A stretch of DNA of 64,000 nt from Candidatus Latescibacterota bacterium (lineage in GTDB: Bacteria; Latescibacterota; UBA2968; UBA8231). Below the pieces are notes generated by a model. It saw only the letters and a list, made by a program, of their open reading frames with translations. It was not told the DNA's origin and made no database searches. The stretch lies in assembly GCA_964291625.2 (NCBI GenBank), contig OZ220089.1:544001-608000 (forward strand), written 5' to 3'. Made by a program: the position numbers and the translations under genes. Numbering within the stretch: the first letter of the stretch is position 1; each line of letters opens with the position of its first letter. Shown here piece after piece: positions 53,816 through 61,801 of this stretch.

Positions 53816-54606
53816 CGCGCTCCTCCGTCGATTTCCATTGCGGCAGCGGTCGAGGGCTGGTTGGTCGAGAGCGTCCGCGTGCCGTCCGGGCTGAGGCGGC
53901 CCACTTCGCGCTCGAACCGGTAGCGGATGTCCACCGTCTCCACCGGCTCGTTGCGGTGGTCGAAGCGGAGAACAGTGTCGTAAATGGTCACCTCGACCCG
54001 CGAGACATCGGGATGGAGCACCGGGAAGACGAGATAGCCCTCGAGCTCCTGGCCGCTGAAGATGACTTCCTTCCGGAACATGCTGCGCCGGGCCAGATCG
54101 ATGCGCTCCTGGTAGCGGTCGTACTCGTTGCCCCGGTAACCGAGGACATAGGTCCGGTAGTAGCTCTTCAGCTGACTCACGTCGAGGCTCCAGTAGCGGC
54201 GGCCGTTGTCGGCCGTCAGCTCCACCTGGGTCGGGTCGATCTGAACCCTCGGGAAGGCGTAGTTCTTGACGTTCAGGTGAAAGACCGTGAAGCGGGACTG
54301 ACCCTCCCCGCCCTCCCGCAGCTCGGCGTCGCCGAAGGTGAAGGGGTTCGTCGAGACGGGCCCCGACCGGGAGTGGGAGGCGAACTGGCGGTTGAGCTCG
54401 GCGTCGGTGATCGGGCGGAGCCTCACTTCGAGGCGGCCCAGTGTGTAGGTCACCGCCCCGTCGTCGGCCACCGCTACCGCTTTCTCCTGCCCGTCGGAGG
54501 GCCGGAGTGGACCGGCGTAGTAGGTGTATCCACAGCCGCTGCCGAGGAGGAGGAGAAGGCTGGCCGCGGCCGGAGGCAGGCTCTTGTTCATTTGCATAGT
54601 TCCCAT
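53812..54606 (-). CDS. Hypothetical lipoprotein; paralog of 44443-45198
   Basis: Lipobox GSG-C; colinear similarity to 44443-45198; ATGA overlap with the downstream FlgD-Ig gene. The start may be 54606, 54597 or 54591. Confidence 0.8.
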   Translation of the reverse strand: MGTMQMNKSLPPAAASLLLLLGSGCGYTYYAGPLRPSDGQEKAVAVADDGAVTYTLGRLEVRLRPITDAELNRQFASHSRSGPVSTNPFTFGDAELREGGEGQSRFTVFHLNVKNYAFPRVQIDPTQVELTADNGRRYWSLDVSQLKSYYRTYVLGYRGNEYDRYQERIDLARRSMFRKEVIFSGQELEGYLVFPVLHPDVSRVEVTIYDTVLRFDHRNEPVETVDIRYRFEREVGRLSPDGTRTLSTNQPSTAAAMEIDGGAR

Positions 54607-54619
54607 TCGCGGAATGCCT

Positions 54620-54649
54620 AGCCTACGGCAGCCCGGAGGGTGCTGTCAA
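54620..54649 (-). promoter_or_regulatory. sigma70-type promoter for the lipoprotein / FlgD-Ig / GT-C unit
   Basis: TTGACA-18 bp-TAGGCT on the minus strand. Confidence 0.65.
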
Positions 54650-54665
54650 GGCGGCGCGGAGAGGT

Positions 54666-56174
54666 TCAGTACACCTGCTTGCGGTAGCGCTGGGAGTTGA
54701 TCCCCAGCTGCACGCGGTACTTGGCCACCGTGCGGCGCGCGATCCGGATGCCCTCCTTGCCGAGCTCGTCGGCGATGGCCTGATCGCTGAGGGGCTCCTG
54801 CTTGTCCTCGGCCTCGATCAGGGCCGAGATGCTCTCCTTGACGCTGCGCGCCGACACCTCCTCGCCATCGTCGCGCTGCACCTTGCTGTCGAAGAAGTGC
54901 TTGAGCTCGAAGACTCCGTGCGGGGTCTGCATGTACTTGCCGTTGCTGACCCTGCTGATGGTCGACACGTGCATGCCTACGGCGTCGGCCACGTCCTGAA
55001 GGACCATCGGCCTGAGGTGGGCCGGGCCCCGCTCGAACCAGTCCATCTGCGCCCGTACGAGGTAGTTGGCCACTTTCAGCATCGTCGCCCGGCGCTGGTT
55101 GATGGCGTTGATCAGCCAACGGGCGTCGTTGAGCTTCTCCGACACGTAGGACCGGACCTCGTCCTTGCGCCGGCGGCCGTTTGCCAGCTGCGCATAGGCG
55201 CGGTTGATGGTCAGGGACGGGAGGTTGCCGTCGGTAAGGCTGACGACCCAGTCCTCTCCCACCTTGTCGACCACCAGGTCGGGGGTGATGTAGTTGACGC
55301 TGGTATCGAGGGTGAGCATGCCGGGGCTGGTGAACCCGGCCTCCACGGCGGCGCCGGCGTTCGGGTGGAGTTGCTCGATCAGCTCCATGGCCCCCTTCAG
55401 CTCTTCGTTCTCCACGCCGAGGGCGCGCGTGATCTGCGAAAAGCGGCGCCGGGTGAGATCCTCCATGTGGTGGCGCACGATCTTCGTGGCCAGCTCCAGG
55501 TCGTGGTAGTTCTCCTGGCCCTCCTTCAACTCCAGCTGGATCAGCAGGCATTCGCCCAGATCGCGGGCGCCGATGCCGGGAGGCTCGAAGGTCTGTATGA
55601 CCGCCAGGACGCGTTCCACTTCTTCCACCGGGACCGCGACCGCCTCGGCGATCTCCGCGGCCGTGCACGTCAGGTAACCGCGGTCGTCGATATTGCCGAT
55701 GATGAACTCCGCCGTCTCCACGTCCGCCCCTTCCAGATCGCTCACCAGCAGCTGCTCCTGGAGCAGCTGGATCAGGGGAGTGACGGTGGTGATGCGGTTC
55801 TCCCGGGGCTCCCGGTCCTGCTCCCAGTCCGGGTCGTACTCGGTCGTCTCCTCGTTGTAGGAGTTCTTGTCGAGCTGATCGTCGAGCAGGGCGTCCCAGT
55901 CCATCTCGTCGAGATCCTCCGGAACCTCCTCCTCCTTCAGCTCCTGCTCTTCGAGGGCGGCTTCCTGCTCGCGCGTCTCCACCTCCTCCGGCTCGGCCTC
56001 GGGCTCCAGCTCCTCCTCCACCTCCACCGCTTCCTCGAGGAGCGGGTTGATCTCCATCTGCTGCTTGATCTCGAGCTCAAGCTCCAGAGTCGACATCTGC
56101 AGGAGCTGCAGCGACTGGATCAACTGCGGCGCCAGGCGCTGCTGCAGGCTGAGGTTCTGTGACAGGCGGAGCAT
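54666..56174 (-). CDS. rpoN: RNA polymerase sigma-54 factor
   Basis: Gln/Leu-rich region I (QQRLAPQLIQSLQLLQMS), PPGIGARDLGECL, HVSTISR, RpoN box ARRTVAKYR. Confidence 0.97.
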   Translation of the reverse strand: MLRLSQNLSLQQRLAPQLIQSLQLLQMSTLELELEIKQQMEINPLLEEAVEVEEELEPEAEPEEVETREQEAALEEQELKEEEVPEDLDEMDWDALLDDQLDKNSYNEETTEYDPDWEQDREPRENRITTVTPLIQLLQEQLLVSDLEGADVETAEFIIGNIDDRGYLTCTAAEIAEAVAVPVEEVERVLAVIQTFEPPGIGARDLGECLLIQLELKEGQENYHDLELATKIVRHHMEDLTRRRFSQITRALGVENEELKGAMELIEQLHPNAGAAVEAGFTSPGMLTLDTSVNYITPDLVVDKVGEDWVVSLTDGNLPSLTINRAYAQLANGRRRKDEVRSYVSEKLNDARWLINAINQRRATMLKVANYLVRAQMDWFERGPAHLRPMVLQDVADAVGMHVSTISRVSNGKYMQTPHGVFELKHFFDSKVQRDDGEEVSARSVKESISALIEAEDKQEPLSDQAIADELGKEGIRIARRTVAKYRVQLGINSQRYRKQVY

Positions 56175-56242
56175 CGTCACGGAAGTCGTAACTCACACTC
56201 TGGTAATGATTTGGGTCGTACAGGCGAAGACCTGCGAGGGCT

Positions 56243-56272
56243 AATGTACCCCGGTGGCCTCGAGCCTGTCAA
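56243..56272 (-). promoter_or_regulatory. sigma70-type promoter for rpoN
   Basis: TTGACA-18 bp-TACATT on the minus strand. Confidence 0.7.
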
Positions 56273-56278
56273 GGATTG

Positions 56279-56294
56279 AGGCACGGCGTTTGCT
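56279..56294 (+). promoter_or_regulatory. sigma54 (-24/-12) site in reverse orientation next to the rpoN promoter
   Basis: AGGCACGGCGTTTGCT matches TGGCACG-N4-TTGCW except at the first base; GG-N10-GC spacing is exact. Confidence 0.65.
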
Positions 56295-56323
56295 GCAAGC
56301 GTTCGCCACGCTGGCGACCCCTG

Positions 56324-57043
56324 TCATGTCAGGCGGAAACGGTCTCCCAGGTAGAGCCTCCGCACGTCCCGGTCCCGGGCCAGGTCCGGAGCGGTGCCCG
56401 AGGTCAGGATCACACCATCCACCATGATGTACGCCCGGTCGGCGATCTCGAGGGTCTCGTGAGCGTTGTGGTCGGTGATGAGGATACTGAGCCCCCGGGC
56501 GCGGAGCTCGCCGACGATGGCCTGGATGTCCTCCACGGTTCGCGGGTCGATGCCGGTGAACGGTTCGTCCAGCAGCATGTAGCGGGGCTCCGTGGCCAGG
56601 GCCCGGGCGATCTCGACGCGACGGGTCTCGCCGCCGGAGAGGCTGTCGGCGCGCTGACCCGCTCGGGCCTCCAGGTCGAGCTCGGCGAGGAGGCCGGCGG
56701 CGCGCTCCTCCCGCTCCCGGCGGGCGACGCCGCGAGCCTCGAGGACGGCGGAGACGTTCTGCGCCACCGTCAGCCCTCGAAAGATCGAGGTCTCCTGCGG
56801 CAGATAGCCGATGCCCCTGCGGGCCCGCTGATACATGGCCAGCCGGGTCAGTTCCTCCTCATCGAGCAGCACGCGGCCGCCATCGGGGCGCACGAAGCCG
56901 GTGATGCTGTGGAACGTGGTCGTCTTTCCGGCCCCATTCGGCCCGAGGAGGCCGACGACCTCGCCGGGACCGACATGGAGGGAGACGCCGTCCACCACCC
57001 TCCTCCGGCCATAGGTCTTGACGATCTCCTCGACGCGCAGCAT
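56324..57043 (-). CDS. lptB: LPS export ABC transporter ATP-binding protein
   Basis: MLRVEEIVKTYG, GPNGAGKTT, GYLPQETSIF, LSGGETRR, LDEPF, LITDHN, YLGDRF; directly upstream of rpoN as usual. Confidence 0.95.
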   Translation of the reverse strand: MLRVEEIVKTYGRRRVVDGVSLHVGPGEVVGLLGPNGAGKTTTFHSITGFVRPDGGRVLLDEEELTRLAMYQRARRGIGYLPQETSIFRGLTVAQNVSAVLEARGVARREREERAAGLLAELDLEARAGQRADSLSGGETRRVEIARALATEPRYMLLDEPFTGIDPRTVEDIQAIVGELRARGLSILITDHNAHETLEIADRAYIMVDGVILTSGTAPDLARDRDVRRLYLGDRFRLT

Positions 57044-57054
57044 CCGTGGTCCCC

Positions 57055-58944
57055 TCAGCCGCCCCGCCCGCCCGGCTCGAATCGTCCCTCGACACCCTCG
57101 AGGACCTGCACGGCCTGCACCACCCCCTCGCGCATCCTGATCTCCAGCCGCTCTCCCTTCACGTCGTTGAGGGAGACCTCCCCTTCGGAGCCACCTCCGG
57201 CCAGCCGCAGGCGGACGCGGGCGCCGCCACTGGCGACGATCCGGCTCAAGACGCCCTCCTCGTCGAAGCTCATCTCCATCCGCTCGGCGGTGAACCGGCT
57301 CAGGCGCTCCTCCGAGGGATCCCGGTGGATCGCCTCGACCCGGCCTTCCAGGTGCAGGCTGGACAGTCTGCCGGAGGCCAGCGCCGCCCGGCCCGAGCCG
57401 GCGCGCAGCCAGGTCCGGCCGTCGCCCCGCAGGCTCCCCCGCAGGTCGCCGGGCCACGTCAGGGCCACGGGCTCCCCCTCCGCCAGCTCGACGCGGCTGC
57501 TGTCCGCGGCGAGACGGCTGCGGGCGGCCCCGGCCCGGTGGACGAACTCGACCTCGCCGAAGAGGGACGCCGGTCCCTCCGGGGTGGCGTAGACGCCTCG
57601 GAGGGCCCTCAGCTCCAGGTCGGGCGGGGCCTCGAGAAGGAATCCGCCGGTCCCGGTCAGGCGCCGCTGCGAGCCTTCGAGGATCAGTGAATCGGCGCGC
57701 AGGGTCAGCTCGCCTCCGCCCCGGCGGGGGCGCGTCAGGCGGGCATCGCTCCACAGGACGAGCCGGGCGCCGGCGGCCCCCGACCTCAGCCGCCCGGAGC
57801 GCAGATCTCCCTCGAGATCGGCAGCGTCCAGCGCCACGGCCCCGAAGGCCTCCACCTCGTCCTCCGGGCGCACCAGGCGCAGGGAGTCGGCGGTGATCCT
57901 CCGGTCCCCCTCTCGCGCCGAGGCCCCGCCGGCGGCGAGGAGGGTGTCGGTGCCCTCGCTGAGGTGGAGCCTCCGCGCCTCCAGTCCCCGCCCGTCCACC
58001 TCGGCCCGCGCCGGATCTCCCTGGATGCGCCAGCGGTCGCCGTCCTCCTCGATCGAATCCGCCCACAGGCGGGCCTCGCCCTCGACGCGCACGCCGCCGG
58101 CGGCGGCGAAGCGCGAGCGGCCCAGCTCGACGTCGATGGCCTCCGCCGTCAGGCGTCTCTGGCGGCCGCTGTCCTCCATGGACGCGGCCCCTTCCAGCAC
58201 GACCCGCCGGGTGCGGCCGTCGTAGATGGCGCTGCGGGCCCCGAAACGGCGATCCCGCCAGCCCGCGCGAGCCTGCTTGAAGACGGCCTCCAGGCGGCCG
58301 CCGCGGACCCGCAGGTCCGCGGCGGCCGCCTCCATGTGCAGGGCCCCTGCCCCGTCGCCGCCGCCCTCAGACCCGGTGAAGATGCCGGTCACCTCTTCGG
58401 CCGACCACGATGCCAGCCCGCTGTCGCCCGCGAGCCGGGCGGCGCTGAGGCGGCCATCGGGCAGGAGCAGGTCCGCGGCCGAGGGAGCGCTCAGGCTGTC
58501 GGTGCCGCGGTCCCAGCCGAGGGTGTCGGCCGTGGCCGCGACCCCGGGACCCTCGGCCTCGGCGGTGACGTTCCCCGAGAACCCGACGACATCGTGGCCG
58601 TGGTCGATGAACAGGCGGTCGGCGCGGACCCGGGTCGCGGGCCGGTTCAGGGAGTCGGCGAAGGTCACGGTCACGCCGCCGTCGGCGCGGGTGATCCGGT
58701 CCGCCAGATCGGCGACGTAGGCGGCCTCGACGGCGACGGTGGAGATGCTGCCGCGCAGGTCGAGCTCCACCTCCCAGGACTCGCGCTCGATCCCCTCCGG
58801 GGCCTCCGGCTCCGGGGACGGCGGCCCCTCGGCGGCACCGCAGCCGAGTAGTCCGAGGAGGGAGAGGGCGGTCACGGCGCCGGCGAGGCGCCGTCCAGCG
58901 TTGCAGGGTGTGAGGGGGGCCTCAGGGGGCCGAGGCGCGGACAT
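57055..58944 (-). CDS. Extended LptC/LptA(OstA)-like beta-jellyroll lipoprotein (629 aa)
   Basis: Lipobox LLG-C; position immediately before lptB; LptC-like ESW...GGVTVTF...ADTLGWD; repeated (I/L)TADSL / GGV.VE OstA-type strands. Confidence 0.7.
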   Translation of the reverse strand: MSAPRPPEAPLTPCNAGRRLAGAVTALSLLGLLGCGAAEGPPSPEPEAPEGIERESWEVELDLRGSISTVAVEAAYVADLADRITRADGGVTVTFADSLNRPATRVRADRLFIDHGHDVVGFSGNVTAEAEGPGVAATADTLGWDRGTDSLSAPSAADLLLPDGRLSAARLAGDSGLASWSAEEVTGIFTGSEGGGDGAGALHMEAAAADLRVRGGRLEAVFKQARAGWRDRRFGARSAIYDGRTRRVVLEGAASMEDSGRQRRLTAEAIDVELGRSRFAAAGGVRVEGEARLWADSIEEDGDRWRIQGDPARAEVDGRGLEARRLHLSEGTDTLLAAGGASAREGDRRITADSLRLVRPEDEVEAFGAVALDAADLEGDLRSGRLRSGAAGARLVLWSDARLTRPRRGGGELTLRADSLILEGSQRRLTGTGGFLLEAPPDLELRALRGVYATPEGPASLFGEVEFVHRAGAARSRLAADSSRVELAEGEPVALTWPGDLRGSLRGDGRTWLRAGSGRAALASGRLSSLHLEGRVEAIHRDPSEERLSRFTAERMEMSFDEEGVLSRIVASGGARVRLRLAGGGSEGEVSLNDVKGERLEIRMREGVVQAVQVLEGVEGRFEPGGRGG

Positions 58945-60700
58945 CGGCGGTCCGCTCGGCCCGGTGGACCAGGGCCGCGTCGACGAACCCGGAGAACAGG
59001 GGCGCGGGGTTGTCCATCCGGGACTTGAACTCGGGGTGGGCCTGGGTGGCGATGAAGAACGGGTGATCGGGCAGCTCGATGAACTCCATCAGGCGCGTGC
59101 CGTCGACGCGGCGGTGGTGCCCGGAGAACACCAGGCCCTCCTCCTCGAGGAGCTCGACGAAACGCGGCGAGATCTCGTAGCGGTGGCGGTGACGCTCCAG
59201 CACCACCTTGTCGCGGTCGATCATGATCTGCCCGATGCGGAAGGACTCCTCGGGGGTGTCGAGGAGTTGGCGGATGCGCGCCCCGTCCTCGAGGATCCGC
59301 CCCGAGCGCTCGTAGATCTCGAGGACCCGGCTGTCCTTGCGCAGCACCGCGGCGTAGGCGCCGAGGCGCATGCTGGCGCCGTAGCGATTCTCCTCCAGGG
59401 CGTGCTTCTGGCTTTCCTGGATGGCCACCACCTGGTAGTCGGAGTCATCGGAGAACTCCTCGGAGGTGGCGCGCTCGATGCCGGCCACGTGGCGGGCGTA
59501 CTCGATGACGGCCAGCTGCATGCCGTAGCACAGCCCCAGAAAGGGCACCCCCTGCGCGCGGGCCAGGCGGATGGCGGCGATCACCCCCTCCGCCCCCCCC
59601 TCGCCGAAGGCCCCCGGCACGATGATGCCGCCGTAGTCCAGCAACTCCTCGACGCTGCGCTCACCGCTCTCGAAGTCGCGGCCGTCGATCCAGGTGATGT
59701 CCACGCCGGTGTCGCGGGACACGCCGGCGTGCAGCAGGGACTGGTTCACGGAGATGTAGGAGTCCGTAAGCTGGAAGTCGCCGATCTCGACGTACTTGCC
59801 GACCATCGCCACGGGCAGCCTGCGGGCCGGGCTCTTGCTGTGCTCCAGCAGCCTCTCCCAGCGGCCCCAGTCGGGCTGGCGGCGGGGATCGAACCCCAAC
59901 TTTGCCAGCATCTTCGCCCCCAGCCCTTCCTCCTCCAGGCGGACCGGGATGTCGTATATCGTGGCCATGTCCGGCGCCGAGATGATGTGCTCCTTCGGCA
60001 CGTTGGCGTTGACCATGATCTTCTTCTTGCGCACATCGTCGAGGGGGGACTCGGCGCGGCAGATGATGAAGTCCGGAAAGATGCCCTGCTGGGACAGCAG
60101 CCGGATCGCCTGCTGCGTCGGCTTCGTCTTCATCTCCCCCACGTGGCTGGGAATGGGCAGATAGGTGATCAGCACGTAGAGGAAGTGCTCCTCGCCGAGC
60201 TCACGCTCCATGCCCTTCACGGCGAAGAGGAACAACTCGTTCTCGTAGTCCCCGCCGGTGCCGCCGATCTCGATGAGGACGATGTCGAATCCCTCGCCGG
60301 CCTCGACGATGCGGCGCTGCACCTCGTCGGTGAGGTGGGGGATCGGTTGCACGGTGTGGCCGAGGTACTCGCCCCGGCGCTCGCGCTCGATGACGGTGTG
60401 GTAGATCTGGCCGGTGGTCAGGTTGTTGCGCCGCGGCAGGTCGATACCCAGGAAGCGCTCGTAGTTGCCCAGGTCCTGGTCGATCTCGCCGCCGTCGTCG
60501 GTGACGAAGACCTCGCCGTGCTCGGTGGGCCGCATCGTGCCGGCGTCGTAGTTGATGTAGGGATCGATCTTGACGGCGGTGGTGCGGTACCCGTACTCGC
60601 GGAGAATGCGGCCCATGGAGGCGGTGGTGAGCCCCTTGCCGACGCCGCTCATCACGCCGCCGGCGACGACGATGAACTTGGGACCCGCGTACTCCGTCAC
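58922..60700 (-). CDS. pyrG: CTP synthase
   Basis: GGVMSGVGKG, KIDPYIN.DAGTM, EHGEVFV, KTKPTQ, GLCYGMQ, ERHRHRYE, QAHPEFKS; GTG 60700 after AGGAAG. Confidence 0.96.
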   Translation of the reverse strand: MTEYAGPKFIVVAGGVMSGVGKGLTTASMGRILREYGYRTTAVKIDPYINYDAGTMRPTEHGEVFVTDDGGEIDQDLGNYERFLGIDLPRRNNLTTGQIYHTVIERERRGEYLGHTVQPIPHLTDEVQRRIVEAGEGFDIVLIEIGGTGGDYENELFLFAVKGMERELGEEHFLYVLITYLPIPSHVGEMKTKPTQQAIRLLSQQGIFPDFIICRAESPLDDVRKKKIMVNANVPKEHIISAPDMATIYDIPVRLEEEGLGAKMLAKLGFDPRRQPDWGRWERLLEHSKSPARRLPVAMVGKYVEIGDFQLTDSYISVNQSLLHAGVSRDTGVDITWIDGRDFESGERSVEELLDYGGIIVPGAFGEGGAEGVIAAIRLARAQGVPFLGLCYGMQLAVIEYARHVAGIERATSEEFSDDSDYQVVAIQESQKHALEENRYGASMRLGAYAAVLRKDSRVLEIYERSGRILEDGARIRQLLDTPEESFRIGQIMIDRDKVVLERHRHRYEISPRFVELLEEEGLVFSGHHRRVDGTRLMEFIELPDHPFFIATQAHPEFKSRMDNPAPLFSGFVDAALVHRAERTADVRASAP

Positions 60701-60755
60701 GCTCTTCCTCCGGCTCCTGTGGCGCCGCGGCGGCCCCGGAGCCGCGCGGAGAGGC

Positions 60756-61043
60756 TCACTCGATGATCCTGGGGACCCGGAAACACCCGTCCCTCGTGTC
60801 GGGCGCCTGGGCGAGCAGTTCCGTCCGTCCGTCGAAGGGCACGGCCTCGTCCCGGCGCAGGACGCCGGCCACCGGCGTGGCGTGGGAGGTGGGCTCCACG
60901 CCGTCGGTGTCGAGCTCGTTGAGCTTTTCCATGTAGGCGAGGATGCGGCCGAGCTCGGCGGTGAGGCGCTCTTCCTGCGGCGCCGACAGATCCAGGCGGG
61001 CCAGGGCCGCAACCCGCTTCACGTCGTCGATGGTGACCGCCAT
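60756..61043 (-). CDS. gatC: Asp/Glu-tRNA amidotransferase subunit C
   Basis: V..VAALARL...ILAYMEKLNELDTDGVEPTSH...LRRD...AP....FRVPRII. Upstream TTGCGC-17-CATATT promoter candidate (61090-61118). Confidence 0.93.
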   Translation of the reverse strand: MAVTIDDVKRVAALARLDLSAPQEERLTAELGRILAYMEKLNELDTDGVEPTSHATPVAGVLRRDEAVPFDGRTELLAQAPDTRDGCFRVPRIIE

Positions 61044-61180
61044 GGAAGCCTCAACGAAGAAGGCCCGGGGCAGGCCCGGGCGCCGGTGAAATATGCCCCG
61101 GCCCCGGGGCCGGCGCAAGAAAGCGGCATCCTCGGCTGCCGGTCCCCGGGAGCCGCCGGGCCGCCCTATATTCGATGGCC

Positions 61181-61666
61181 ATGGCCTCCCACCGCCCCTT
61201 CACCGTCGACCAGGCGAACGGCATGATCCCCTGGCTGGAGTCGGTCCTCGAACGGCTGGACCGGCACCGGGAAAGCTGGCTCCGGCACTACGAAGGCCTG
61301 CAGATCCTGCAGACCTTGTGGGGTGACGACGTCGAGTCGGCGGATAACCCGGACCACGCCGAGCTCCTCGACCACCGCCGCGCCATGGAGACCGAGTCAG
61401 CGGCGGTGGAGAGGATCGTGCGCGAGGACATCCTCGGCCACGGGCTGCGGTTCCCCGCCGGCGGCCTGGAACAGGGGATCGTCGACTTCCCCACGACCTT
61501 CGAGGGCCGCTGGGTCTACCTGTGCTGGCGCCGCGGCGAGCCCGGGATCGGCCACTGGCACGAGGTCGACGGCGGCTTCGGCGGACGCCGCGAGATCACC
61601 GACGAGCACGTCATCGGCATGGGTCGGGACGACGAGCTCCCCGACGATTCGGTCCTCGACTTCTGA
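61181..61666 (+). CDS. DUF2203-family protein
   Basis: FTVDQAN..IP.L, GIVDFP...EGRWVYLCWRRGEP.I.HWHE.DGGFGGRR. Possibly leaderless (TATATT at 61167-61172). Confidence 0.85.
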   Translation: MASHRPFTVDQANGMIPWLESVLERLDRHRESWLRHYEGLQILQTLWGDDVESADNPDHAELLDHRRAMETESAAVERIVREDILGHGLRFPAGGLEQGIVDFPTTFEGRWVYLCWRRGEPGIGHWHEVDGGFGGRREITDEHVIGMGRDDELPDDSVLDF

Positions 61667-61690
61667 CCGTCCGGCAGCCCGCCCCCTGCC

Positions 61691-61719
61691 TTGCCAGGGT
61701 CCCCACATGATGGTATCGT
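61691..61719 (+). promoter_or_regulatory. sigma70-type promoter for smc
   Basis: TTGCCA-17 bp-TATCGT with an extended -10 TG. Confidence 0.55.
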
Positions 61720-61801
61720 TCCACTGCTGCTCCCCAGCCGGTAGTGGTCCGCCCCCTCTCCCCCCTCCAGCGCCCGCGCCTCCGGCGAGGAGATTCCGGC
61801 C

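Noticed and set aside
60756-61043. gatC without gatA/gatB as a sign of gene loss
   Set aside because: Split gat genes are common in many bacterial lineages; the rest of the genome is not visible here.
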